A stretch of DNA of 56,664 bases, counting the filler, from Sphacelaria rigidula (taxonomy: Eukaryota): NCBI GenBank assembly GCA_964200075.2. It is 3 parts of 3 records of this genome, joined end to end, with 100 filler letters (N's around TTAATTAATTAA, not from the genome) between each part and the next. Parts side by side here need not be neighbours in the genome. Positions count along the whole stretch, not along the records: positions 1 to 18,828 come from CAXNAA020000781.1; positions 18,929 to 37,747 come from CAXNAA020000782.1; 1 more part is not named here. The stretch is one strand, 5' to 3'. A program made the translations under genes and the position numbers. Position 1 is the stretch's first letter. Each line of letters begins with the position of its first letter. Shown in pieces: positions 13,477-25,050 of the stretch. The notes under the pieces are model-generated. The model worked only from the letters and a program-made list of their open reading frames with translations, was not told where the DNA came from and did not search any database.

Positions 13477-14091
13477 CTGTGCCGGCACGCACGCACGCGG
13501 ACTTCTCTGTCAGATCGATGGGCCTCCTGTGTGCATATATATAAAAATTGTGGTTTGAGATTGTGTTTTTGAGGTTTCTTGACAGTTTTTGAGATCATGC
13601 TCAATTTTTCATCTGAACCACGTCCAAACTTTGAACATTGATCGAGATGTGCGCGATTTCTGGTGAGTGATTCAGGAGCGACTCCCAAAAGTGATCGGTC
13701 GCACGTTCACACAATCAGTCAGAGAGACAGAAGAGGTGCCCGCAGTTTTCTGACTAGCCAATTTTTGAAAGGATCGTTACTGTATTGCAAGTAGGCGTGT
13801 ATGTAGGTACGTGTAGGCAACGGAGTTGGTGCCAGATGCGATCCGAAGGCTAAGAAGAGTCAGCATATAGTTGATCCCCAGTTCGTATCCCCAAATCCAC
13901 GGTTGGAACATACTTGATTTTAGTGTAGACACCGAAATTCGGAGCTGTGGCGGGGCTGACAGTTCCTAGTGCTCTGGGCGTGCGCAGAAAGCGTCCTTTT
14001 ACAAATCGGTGCCAATTTGAGACCTGTCAACGCACCCTTGGCCTAGGGCACCCGTTGCACCGCCTTCGCTCGAGGGATCTTGGTATTCTTC

Positions 14092-14124
14092 GGGTTGGGG
14101 TTAAGGTTAGGGTTAGAGTTAGAG
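14092..14124 (+). repeat. Degenerate TTAGGG-like repeat, probably part of a TE
   Basis: GGGTTGGGGTTAAGGTTAGGGTTAGAGTTAGAG. Confidence 0.5.
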
Positions 14125-14426
14125 TCAGCGTTACTTCATATTTTTTTTGTGAAACCATTATTTTTTGGGATACACGAACCGCGGTAAACACGCCTCGCTT
14201 AAATGCGCCGTTTACATTTCGCGCCTTCTAGCGGAGAAATAATAACCGAAAAAAAGGGTTCCTTCGCTATTCTAATACGGTTAGTTTTGGGGTCAGAAAC
14301 TCGAAAAGGCGCACAATTTTCTTGCATGCTTGGTTGTGAAGGATAATATATCGTAGCGGATTGGTTTGGTTTAATGTGGAGTGTGGCGCTCGGCCCTGGC
14401 TTTTATTGACGGTCCGGGAGCCTACC

Positions 14427-14967
14427 GAACTCAGCCGCGATAGCCCCCCCCCCCCAGAAAAGTGACTGGTTTGATGAGGCAGAATCTTGATGTGCATCAG
14501 ATTGACTGAAACCGAGCACACCGAGCAGCTGGGAACTCCTACGCTTCATGATGTTTTCGTGAGACTGGGCGTAGAGTGGCGATTGAGAGTGGAAATACCA
14601 TTCGCTTTAACTTGGCCAAGTTTTCATTGTGCGTGTGCTTTCCTTTGCTTGTAGCACTGGCGTGTGCTTACAGCTACACGCCGATATCCTACTCAGGGAT
14701 GTCAAGGGCTTCAGTGGCACGCTACTGCGGGAAGCGTATCGGGCCTCGTGGAGGGGCATTCCGGAACTGAACGGAACTACTCATTCACGGATTAAGCGCT
14801 ATCCACTCTGAATCTCATAAAATCATTGTTGCTTGGGGTCTTCTTCGTCAATGTCGCCCATTTGGGGCGCTTCCTGCAGTGAGAAACCAGCCATCATGTG
14901 CTTGATGGCCATATTCTTCTGGACAGTTTTGGGGCTGGTTTGGGGGACGGCTATCGCGGCATAGCTC
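14427..14967. mobile_element. MITE family C (TIR ~GAGCTATGCCGCGATAGCC) containing a nested family A MITE
   Basis: Ends GAACTCAGCCGCGATAGCC / GGCTATCGCGGCATAGCTC. The interior aligns with 15774-16033 once 14552-14822 is removed. Confidence 0.6.
14552..14822. mobile_element. MITE family A, copy 2
   Basis: Clear similarity to 3112-3402 and 16274-16568. Confidence 0.7.
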
Positions 14968-15366
14968 ACGGGTGGACGTGGGCTTTCCACTCTCGCAAGA
15001 AGTGGCAATTCAAGGTGTTGAAAACAAAAATATACAGGGGGGGGGGGGGGGGGGGGTATTCATTTGTTGCTCGCGTTAGTCGTTCGACCATTGATCACGC
15101 ATCCCTTTCCAGGCGGGGAAACATACGGGGATATACTTGCACAACAAAAAAAAAACCCGGCTGTTTCAGCAGAAGGAACAGTGATGATGACAGATGGTTG
15201 ATTTCGCTCAACAGTCAATGATCCCTCACTTGCTTTATGGTGGAAGCTGACTCGTGACCAAATTTTTGAAAGGAAACACGGGATTGATCGAAACTCACCA
15301 AGAAAAAACGAAATAAGTCATTTTTCATGCTGCTGCCTCTATTTGAAGAGGTCAGGTTGTAATTTA

Positions 15367-15620
15367 GAGCAATGCTACGGTAGGGGTGCAGTTTATGCGC
15401 GAAATCTTGTCTGGTTCATGGGCTCCTCAAGATTCTAGATGCACAAGAACATGGGTTAGGGCACCCCCGTTTGCAAATTCATTAGGGACATCCCTAGCAC
15501 GAGGGACTAGTAATCCTAGCGTACTCACATATTTCAAAAGCCGTGTTTTGGACGAGAGAAAGGGCTCCTAACAATCCTAACCTCAGAAAATATTCGTGCA
15601 CCCCTACCGTAGCATCCCTC
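15367..15620. mobile_element. GAG...CTC-ended MITE (Sola2-like) with 4-bp TSD TTTA
   Basis: TIRs GAGCAATGCTACGGTAGGGGTGCA / TGCACCCCTACCGTAGCATCCCTC, flanked by TTTA on both sides. Confidence 0.8.
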
Positions 15621-15773
15621 TTTACACACATGGCGACTTGTGTAAAATGTTGATGCCTCCCACAGTAGCAGACTTGAGGGTCCCACCGAATACGACTCAC
15701 TTCAGAAATATATGTATGTTGCACATTGAACACGCACAAACCTAAATAATATCAACACTAGATTGGTCAGGAC

Positions 15774-16033
15774 GAGTGATGCCACGATAGCCCCCTCCAG
15801 AGAGCGGTTGGTTCGAGGGGGGGGGAGGGGGGGGCGAAATCGGCGTGCGAATAATCACGACAAAAGCCGATCACACCGAGAAGCTGGGAATTCTTACGCC
15901 TGAGATCGTTGTCGCCAATGTTGCCCATATGAAGCGCTTCATTCAGTCGGAAACCAGCTACGAATCATGAACATTTTCTGCCTGACGGTTTGGGGGCTGT
16001 TTTTTGGGTGCAGGAGCTATCGCAGCATTACTC
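15774..16033. mobile_element. MITE family C, copy 2
   Basis: GAGTGATGCCACGATAGC ... GCTATCGCAGCATTACTC; interior homologous to 14427-14967. Confidence 0.6.
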
Positions 16034-16273
16034 TTACGCCCCAGTTATAGGGCACTCTTGTGTGATTGTGCCAAGGGGTACGCCGGGCAGCCATCGCATG
16101 AACGAGCGTTCCGCGGTCTAAACTCTTCCAGTCGACATCGACCATGTTGTGATGATGCAGAGGATCGATGCGGCATGCCGCGAAAAATCGAGGAACGACT
16201 TCTTTTTGTTCTTCATCAACGCACACGAAATCCGCAACTATCTGCATCTACCCGGGTCGTCTAGTACAACCTC

Positions 16274-16568
16274 TCTTTTCGTGAGAGTGAGAGTAGAGCA
16301 TTGATCTAGAGTGGGTTTTATCAGTCGCCCCAACGAGACCAAATTTACATTATGCGCGTGTTTTTTGTCCCCCGTATCACTGGCGTGTGCTTACAGCTAC
16401 ACACCAATGCCCTACTCTGGGGTATCAAGGGCTTCAGTGGCAAGCTACTACAAAAAGCGTATCGGGCCTCGTGGAGGGGCATTTCGGAACTGAAACTGTT
16501 TACTCATCAATTGACCGCTTCTCGCTCTCAATCGTATCCTCTATAATGCTCTCAATCTCACGGAAACA
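16274..16568. mobile_element. MITE family A, copy 3
   Basis: Same core and inverted ends as copies 1 and 2. Confidence 0.7.
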
Positions 16569-16776
16569 TTTTTTCTTGTATAGTATCACGCCAAACCGTG
16601 CTTCGTCTCTTCCGGGTGGACTACAGGCACTCCTCCTATACTTGCTTCACGAGGTGACCAGACCAATGCGGAAACCCCTTTGCCACGCGTACGCACGGGC
16701 ATAGACGAGGCGATACAATGTCATGGATTGTATCATATACAACGCTCAGCTTCGGCATTTCAACATGGAGCAACAT

Positions 16777-16777
<1 letters not shown>

Positions 16778-16810
<33 letters not shown>
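16778..16810. repeat. (CA)n microsatellite
   Basis: Uninterrupted CA run. Confidence 0.9.
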
Positions 16811-16812
<2 letters not shown>

Positions 16813-18828
16813 CTCGTCAAGACTCGTTTATATCCGCCAGAGGCAGCTAATGAACAAAATCAGATACACCACCGAAGTACAGATACAACATCACACTGCA
16901 TCTTCGGCGACCAATGATACTCGTACACAGATACATGGCGGGTCTGGATAATGGCAAGAAAAACACTACAGCCTCAATGCGCTCGGAAACACACACTGTA
17001 GAAGCACCCGGGTCTGCACCCATAGGAGAGGACTGATTCTTAAAGTCGTCCAACGCCTACCGGTGCTGCGAACACTTACACACACATAAACACAGCAACA
17101 ACAACGACTACATCGCTCGCCGTTGTCCCCCCCCCACCCCAAAAAAACAAGGGGAAAAAATACAAGACAACAAACTCGAACGACAACAACAATAAAAAAA
17201 TAAAAGACAACACAACAATACTCGAAAATATCAACAGCATCCAACGAGCTCTCGCCGCCAAGCCGCCCTTGGCCGACGGATGAAATTTTACTCGACCCCA
17301 TCCACGACGTGAAATGCGCACCAAATCTCACCACATCTCCCGACTCGAGGCCTTCATCGTTACCCTATCCTCGAACACTACCATTTACTTAGTGTGCACC
17401 CAAGGCAAGCATCCCAGCGGGATTTTTTCGGCTAAGACCTCGATCATGCATGCCGACACCCGTCGTGTGGTCAACAGAAATAGAAAAAAAAATCCCTGTC
17501 GATGACGGCGTGTGTGTGACCTCAAAACTTACAGGGCCACTCATTGCAGGTCATACTTACCCAGGTAGTCGACATAAACGGTGCTACACGGCTCTTACTT
17601 GCTGCAACAAGGTCTTCGTCCAACAACGACGCGGCTTGTTAAGTCAAGGGCCATTGATGAAAATAAAATGGACTGCAGAAAAAACGCCGCAAAAAATATA
17701 TATTATATCCAATTGGCGGCACCTTCACGGTCTACCCCACCAACCTAAACCAAAGTACAGAGACGGCAGTCGTGCCCCCCCTCCCCCTCCATGAACCTCG
17801 CTTCAGATACACACGCACAGAGAAACTGCCGTCACCGCCAAGCCCTCATGCACTGCATGACAATGCTTCTCTGCTTCATGAGCTTCGAGTGCTCGTCGTC
17901 AAAACGTTCGACAAGGGGATGGCCATCCTCTTGTGTGAGTGCAACGACCACAAGTGGAAGAACACAACAAGAAATAAAAAAATAAAACCCCTGAAAGTTG
18001 GCAACCAAGCGCGTCCCGTCCCATCCGCCACATTTGACCAAGCAACCAAAGCAATCAAATTCGGGCAAGCGAGCACGCAGGCATGAACGAGCACAAAACA
18101 CAAGATCTACACGAAGGAAAAAAGGGGGGAAGGAGGGGAGGTAGGGAGGGTGGGGGGGGGCGTACTCATTTACGCCCCCTCCACCTTAGGGAAGGTGGGG
18201 GGGGGGGGAAGGGGGGCCAACAAAAGAACAGGAAAACAAAAGGCAGCACGTGTTTCAACCGTTCCAACTTGGTTGCCGCGCCATTTCATGTGCTTCAAAG
18301 AAACAACAATAATAACAAAGGATGCCAACTCACACACAGAAAACCCAACCGCGCTTGAGGGGGGGCGTGACAATTCCCGCTCTCCCGCGGTTGCGCTCCT
18401 ACACTCGAGTGGTGGGGAGGCAATACCCGAAAGCTCGGAGCTCTCTGCTCGCGTCCTCGCTCGTGACCTCAGCGCCCCGCTTTCACCCCGCCAATTTGAA
18501 CAACACCTCCCCTCCCACCGTTTTTCTCTTCGCCGACGCACAAGTCACAATATTACAGCGCTTGCCTCTTCGGCCTCGAAGAATGCCCATCACGATTCTC
18601 GCATTCGTTTGCAGCTGTTGCTCTGGTCTCCCCTCTTCCTGCCAGCACGCGCTTGCTTCTCGAGCTTCTGAATGTGATCCATGATCACCTGTGCGCACGG
18701 AAGGAAAATTGTTCGTAAAAAAAAAAATGTCCGACACGGGTTATTGTACCTCACTCTACCCCCCCCCCCCCCCCCCCCCCCCGCCCCCCCCCGTCGAGCC
18801 GCGCGCGGGGGGAAAGGAGAAGGACAGC

Positions 18829-18928
18829 NNNNNNNNNNNNNNNNNNNNNNNNNNNNNNNNNNNNNNNNNNNNTTAATTAATTAANNNNNNNNNNNNNNNN
18901 NNNNNNNNNNNNNNNNNNNNNNNNNNNN
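18829..18928. other. Artificial scaffold spacer N44-TTAATTAATTAA-N44
   Basis: Exactly 100 bp; the 12-mer has stops in all six frames; an identical copy is at 37748-37847. Confidence 0.95.
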
Positions 18929-19799
18929 CTTCAGGACCCCCAGCCCCTTCCTGTGGCTGTCCCCTCCGCCCCCCTCGAGCGACTCCGCCCGCCTTTTTTT
19001 CCCCCCCCCCCCCCCCCCCATGAAGCGTTAAGCGATCCTTTTGATACATACCCAATCGCGATCTTTTTCAATACAACAATGCAGAGTCGGCCATTGATGG
19101 AAAAAAAAAAACATATCGAGAAAAAGTCTACTTTCGGCTTCTCGTCATTCATTTTCAGGTGACATGAACCGGTACTCTACGATAGCCGGGTGGAAACAGA
19201 AACAACTCAGGTGCTTTTGTGATTCAAAATTTGAGCCTGTCCCATCTGACATTACCCATACGAAGTTTCGATGTGCGAGAGTAGGCTTGATTCTTGTCCG
19301 TATTACTACGGTGAGGGCAATGGACATTCATACGAGGCCTCGCTGTGCGGAGCAGCGTTGATTACTCTCCGTACTACGAAGTCGAGGGCAAGGGATTAGC
19401 AGCGATCTGCGCGGAAACTTACGCGCGGAAAGTGAACCGGATGCCGATAGTTTGGTCCTCGGGCGCGTCTGTTATCTTCCGACAAAGAGGGTGGTGTTCA
19501 CAAGGTGCGCGAATCAGCTTGGGGTTTCTTTGGGCGCGGGTCGTTCGAAATCATTCACAGTTCGGACGAATCATAGTCGGTTCGAATCACCAAATCTACG
19601 ATTTTTCAGACCTCATTCCTCAAAACAGAGAAAAAAATTTCCACGAAATTTTTGAGCCATTCCGCGTGCCTGGGCTGCGCGTACAGCACCTAGGTTGCAA
19701 CGCTGAAAACGAAGCCTAGGGATGGATTTGTACGGTACGAACCACACTCAAGTCAAGTAATTTCCAGACGAATAATGAATTTGTACGACCCTTAAAACC

Positions 19800-20144
19800 C
19801 TTCAGACCTTCCCGACCGAGGGGCTCCATATCGGGAAATCCATGCACCACCCCCTCTTTCGCCGCACAAACCTCATTTTGGGGTTGAAGAAGGGGGGGGG
19901 GGGCGTTCTCATGTGTTGCTTGCCTTAGCTGTTTGACCATTGACCACGCATCCCTCTCGAGACGGAACACCGTTCTTCTCCTAATAGAGACACTTCCAAC
20001 ATTCTGGCGCTCATTACGTTCCTTCTGTAACTCACCACGTTTCTTCCATACATTACACAAAAACCTCTCACGTATCTTACCTCCGTCCTGTTTTGCCGTC
20101 TCTGGCCACCATATATCCTCTAGTATAGCCATCGTTTTCTCCCT
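19800..20144 (-). mobile_element. Dispersed repeat, possibly the 3' end of a non-LTR retrotransposon
   Basis: Parts recur at ~15050-15120 (GACCATTGAyCACGCATCCCT) and inverted at ~21158-21200 (GGTGGTGCATGGATTTCCCGATATGG). The minus frame reads FLCNVWKKR..., reminiscent of LINE ORF2 C-termini (weak). Confidence 0.35.
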
Positions 20145-22597
20145 NNNNNNNNNNATCAAACGTTTTCATGCCACCTTTGTTCACGTCCCGCATTTTTTTT
20201 TGGGGGGGGCGGATACCCGATTTCATGGCAGGGATACCCCCCTGATCGCTGGATGATGGCGATAGTAGTTGCGGTACTGCACCACACGTGTTCGCCGGCA
20301 ACGTCGGCCTGTGCCGGGTGTACTAAAACGGTAGGTGGTGGGGGTAAGTCGAAGCAAGCAGAGAAGAGCATACCCGCAGAAGCAGGGAGTGAAGATCAAA
20401 GCGCTTAGGGTACCGGTGCTGGAAATATGCCGCAGACTCTAGAAATCTTGCAAGGGGTGAACGTGGAGTGGGCGCGCACGCTTGGCACCCAGAAGTTTGC
20501 ATGGATCTGCCCTTGCGGGCATAACAGTATCAATATCACGTTAATTGCATTTCATGACTGCCGCTACCTCGATGTTGGTTGTTCTTTTTCGCAACACCAC
20601 GTCCATAACATCCCCCTCTGCAAACTCTCCCTCTCTTGTGTCGCAGTGCAGTATCAATTGCGATTTGTAGATATACGCCTTGTATGAACACGGCTGTCTG
20701 CCCCAACGCGGGCAAAGTACGTGATTATCTGCAACTCATACATTGTGCACGTCTATAATGTCAGAACATTTTCGTGTCGGCGGGTATCACCGCACAGTCA
20801 ACTTACTGCATGTCAATTTCAGTCTTAGAGTAGCAGTACAGAACCGTTCTTCGTACACCGCCCTCCTGGAGCATTGCGATCTCATCACTGCGATGGTGCT
20901 AGGTCGGTAAAAAACTGGTCTTGTAAAAGTCAGGGGGACTCAATATTCATTATCCAGTGCTCGCCGCGACTCAAAAGCCATTTTCCAGCCGGCAAAATTG
21001 CTCCCTGATCGCCACAAGAACAACTGACACACCAAAACTTCTCGGTTTTGGGCTGCTCACGTTGAGGCGAACCCGGAGGAAGGAAAAGTTTTTTCCCGAA
21101 TTGATTTGGCATTTTCCCCACTCTCGACCGCGGGTAGGGGGAGGGGGGGGAGGGTAGCGGTGGTGCATGGATTTCCCGATATGGGGCCCCTCGTTCCGAC
21201 TGTCAAGCCCTGTGCACATGTTTCTCCGGACAAGATCTTACTGGTGTTGGATCTTCGTGCACGTTCACACCCGCGTACTTTGAGGACAGTTGACAATCGC
21301 GGCTTGCTAAATTCGCAGTAGTATGCTGCCGCGAGGATCAGTACTCCGTGGGTCACACTTGGCTTATTATATCACGGTGCAAAGCGTGCAAAGGTGACAA
21401 CATGACATGTTTCGCCAGTGCTGTAAACCTTCGACCATGATGCCACCGATCGAAGCCAATTACAACATTTCACACGTTGGACACTATACGGCCAACTGTT
21501 TGCAACAGACAAGAAACGTACTGCATTATATATAGGCCTACTGCGACTATTGTCGGCCGGCAATAGTTGTTGCAATTGGCCTATATTTTATGCAGAACAC
21601 TGTTCGTCCATCGCATGTTTTGACTACATTTTGTCCAGGGTGTGCACCAGTTCAAAACATTCTGACCTCGGCATTTTGTCTATTCGTATTCGTCGCAAAC
21701 CACGATGTACGGCCCACGAGGATGGGGAAGACCACGAGCCACTTCGCTGCATGTTCGCTCGATCATCAGTCGTTTCATCAAGTTGCCGGGGTCCGGCATC
21801 ATCGGTCCCATACATCACGACGGCGAAATCCTTCCGTCTTCATTTCGAATCTTACTAGCCGACCTCGTTCCAAGGAGGTATCACTGTTTCAAGTAGCCTG
21901 TATGTGATACATCATGGACCCATGAAGTTAGACCCCCAACAGTCAAAGCACGAACCTGATCTTTACAGTGGCCAGCTGTACATGAGAGCACATGACGTCT
22001 CTAGAATAGAAAGAGCACATCTTTTGGGTCTAGTACTTCAATGACCCCCGGTTAACTTATTCTTTTCTTCCTAAACCATCAGGCCGCTTCTCATGGCGAA
22101 AAAAAAACAAGAACCTGGACACCTGCCTTTTTGGGTCTTCTGCGTTGCATGACGCCGTAAGAGAGGGCTAGGGGGATTTTGACAACTTGGAATGCCTTGC
22201 TATACTCGTCTGGATGATTCTAGGACACCTATGCATTTTTCGGTGGCCGCAGTTATCTTTTGGCCAAACTCATATCTCTTTCGGAGGCCCGTCACTTTTC
22301 TCCGACCGAAATCCGAAAAAATGAAAGTGTGGCAAAAACATTGCGCCCACCGGAAAGTGGAAATGTGCCCTGGAAAACAATTCCAACACATCAAATTTCA
22401 CCTAGCCCTTTCAGGACGTAAAACGACACAAAAGGTAATGAAAGCCAGTTTTCCAGGTTTTCACTCTTTTTCGCCACATGGAGCGGCTTCAGTTGTGAGA
22501 AATTCTAGACTCTTTTTATTTGATCCAGCGAAAATTTCGCAGATCCGACGAGTCATGACTCCTCAAGACGATTGCACTCGTGGGTGTTTTCCCAAAA

Positions 22598-22915
22598 CAC
22601 AACGAGCATGACTCGATTGCTCGCCCCATTATTTTTTTCTACAACGAGCAATGACTCGATTGCTCGCCCTATTATTTTTTTCCACAACGAGCAGTGACTC
22701 GAGTGCTCGCCCCATTATTTTTTTCCACAACGGGCAGTGACTCGAGTGCTCGCCTTATTATTTTTCTCCACAACGAGCAGTGACTGGAGTGCTCGCCCTG
22801 TTATTGTTTTCCACAAGAGCAATGACTCGAGTGCTCGCCCCATGACTTTCACGGCCAACGAGCAGCCCAACGAGTGCGAGTGCCACGAGTCACACTGGTG
22901 CTCGTCCGACGTATG
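22598..22915. repeat. Minisatellite array 1: six ~43-bp units plus a conserved terminus
   Basis: Unit ~ACAACGAGCAATGACTCGAGTGCTCGCCCTATTATTTTTTCC; ends ...GAGTCACACT...CGTCCGACGTATG. Confidence 0.9.
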
Positions 22916-23752
22916 AAGTCCTCCCAGGTTTCCAAAGCCAGGATGCTCGGAGCATGGCTTATCGTATTGCTTGCACTCAGTATAGCGTTCCTAGGATTTT
23001 CCAGGAGTTTTTATGGGTTGCCGGCTTTTACTAAAACGTAGTAGTTACACCAACACAGGGTGGAGTGGAAAAAACCCGGAAGGAGTGTACATGCCACAGT
23101 GTGATCATTTTCACGAGGCACTAACCCCGATGGGCCGTTGAAAGACAAAGTCATGAATTCTGCTCATCCCTCTGCCGATGACTTCCAGAACACTGCGGAC
23201 ATATATGTAGTGGACGGGGATGAACAAGCTGTGCACAGGCAGCTGATCTTCGTCGGTGAGAACTGTCCAGAATGTGCAAGGGAGTATGGAGCGGCAGCTG
23301 CTGCTGCATTCGGAGAGGCGTACTGCACTGTTTTGTACTGCAGTATGTATGTGCATCGCAACGCTCATATCCTTCCAAGATAATTTGCCGCTTGCAACAA
23401 GGAGGGAAATGGCGCCCCCCCCCGACAACAAAGGGCTGTGTGGACAGGTGATGGGGACAATAATATCATCCAAAGCCACAAGTGACGGGCGGCCCGCCGG
23501 TCGCCGCATCCTGTGGAAAGCTCTCCATTGTACGGCGACATATATTGCTCGCTACATCAGATGTACATGATCTAATGCGCACCCTGCACCTGAAAATAGA
23601 TCGGATGAAACTTTCGGTCTTCGTCATAACCTGCGGTTACATACGCGGATTTTCAGCAACATGCCTCTGTTTCGTGCAGACGCCAGACACGTCATTCCTG
23701 ATCAGCCTCATTGGTCGTTTTGGAGGCTCGGGCCCAAAGGGGTTAATATCTT

Positions 23753-24224
23753 CCACAACGAGGAATGACTCGAGTTCTCGCCCTATTAATCATTTCCACA
23801 ACGAGCAATGACTGGAGTGCTCGCCCTATTGATTTTTTCCACAGCGAGCAATGACTGGAGTGCTCGCCCTATTGATTTTTTCCGCAACGAACAATGACCC
23901 GCGTGCTCGCTCTATTGATTTTTCCGCAACGAACAATGACTGGAGTGCTCGCCCTATTGATTTTTTCCACAACGAGCAATGACTGGAGTGCTTGCCCTAT
24001 TGATTTTCCGCAACGAGAAATGACCCGCGTGCTCGCCCTATTGATTTTTTCCGCAACGAGCAGTGACTGGAGTGCTCGCCCTATTGATTTTTCCCACAAC
24101 GAGCTATGACTGGAGTGCTTGCCCTATTGATTTTTCCGCAACGAGCAATGACTCGAGTACTCCCCTTATTTTTTACAGCCAACGAGCAGCCCAACGAGTC
24201 ACACTCGTACCCGTCCGACGTATG
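23753..24224. repeat. Minisatellite array 2: ten ~42-43-bp units plus the same terminus
   Basis: Same unit as array 1 and the same ...CGTCCGACGTATG end. Confidence 0.9.
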
Positions 24225-24367
24225 GCAAATTTGTCCTACAGGTAAAGGTTTGCAAGGCAGGAGGCGACGTGGTGGGTGGCAACATTTTATGTTTGAGAGC
24301 TAAAAACGCCTGTGAGGGAGTGTCGTAGCGAACTATTTCTTGACCGAAGGAATGCGTATTTTTTTTT

Positions 24368-24535
24368 CAGGGCTCTTTCCGTTACACGTCACAAAACTCG
24401 TTGGACGCGGAGCCCTGTGTCAAGCCAAGTCAAATCAAGCGTCGGGCCTCGCTAGTACTACGGTGGGGGGACACGTTGGCCCCCACCGTAGTACTAGCCT
24501 GGCTCGACTTGTGACATGTAACGAGAAGAGCCCTG
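24368..24535. mobile_element. Small foldback MITE with internal perfect hairpin
   Basis: TIRs CAGGGCTCTTTCCGTTACACGTCACAA / TTGTGACATGTAACGAGAAGAGCCCTG; internal 19-bp stem GCTAGTACTACGGTGGGGG / CCCCCACCGTAGTACTAGC. Confidence 0.75.
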
Positions 24536-24699
24536 GGAAATTCAATCTACACACTATACGTCGTCCGTTCAACATTTATGATGTGGACACGAAAGACGAC
24601 CAACCAGACTATGATTTTTCTTCCCCCCGCTCTTTTTTCGGTCGAAATATAGCTTGTGAGACAAGACCTCAACGCACCGAAAATTCAAAGGTTGTGTTC

Positions 24700-25050
24700 T
24701 GTAAGGTACGGGTACGTTCTGTAGGGTATGAGATTCCGTACAGAGTTTACGAAACTGTCGGGTACCGGTATGAAAGTCTTACAGACTTCACAGAACTTGT
24801 CTGGTACGGGAAGGAAGGCTTACAGAGAACCGGTACCGACAGTTGGGGAACTCTTTCCGGGTAGACCCGCCGTTCGGGTTCGGGTAAATGTGTTGTACAG
24901 AACTATCGGGTAAGGGCATGAAAGTCTCACAGAGATGACAGAACTGTCGGGTACGATTCGGGAGGGTCACAGAGAACCGGTACCGGCAGTCGGGTAACTC
25001 CTTCCGGGTATAACCGCCTCTCGGGTTCGGGTAAGTGTTGTGTACAGACT
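24700..25050. repeat. Complex tandem repeat (CAGAACTGTCGGGTAC subunits; ~140-bp unit about twice)
   Basis: Repeated AACTGTCGGGTA, ATGAAAGTC, ACAGAGAACCGGTACCG, CGGGTTCGGGTAA. Confidence 0.7.

Noticed and set aside
12496-13488. Antisense ORFs over VPS36 exon 4 (and similar ones over the oxygenase and Gypsy pol)
   Set aside because: Shadow ORFs of GC-rich coding sequence.
14092-14124. Telomere or chromosome-fusion scar
   Set aside because: Only about five degenerate units embedded in repeat-like sequence.
18873-18884. TTAATTAATTAA as a biological palindrome or TTAA target site
   Set aside because: Assembly linker flanked by fixed-length N runs.
22598-24224. CRISPR-like array of palindromic repeats
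   Set aside because: Units are head-to-tail with no unique spacers, there are no cas genes, and the context is eukaryotic.
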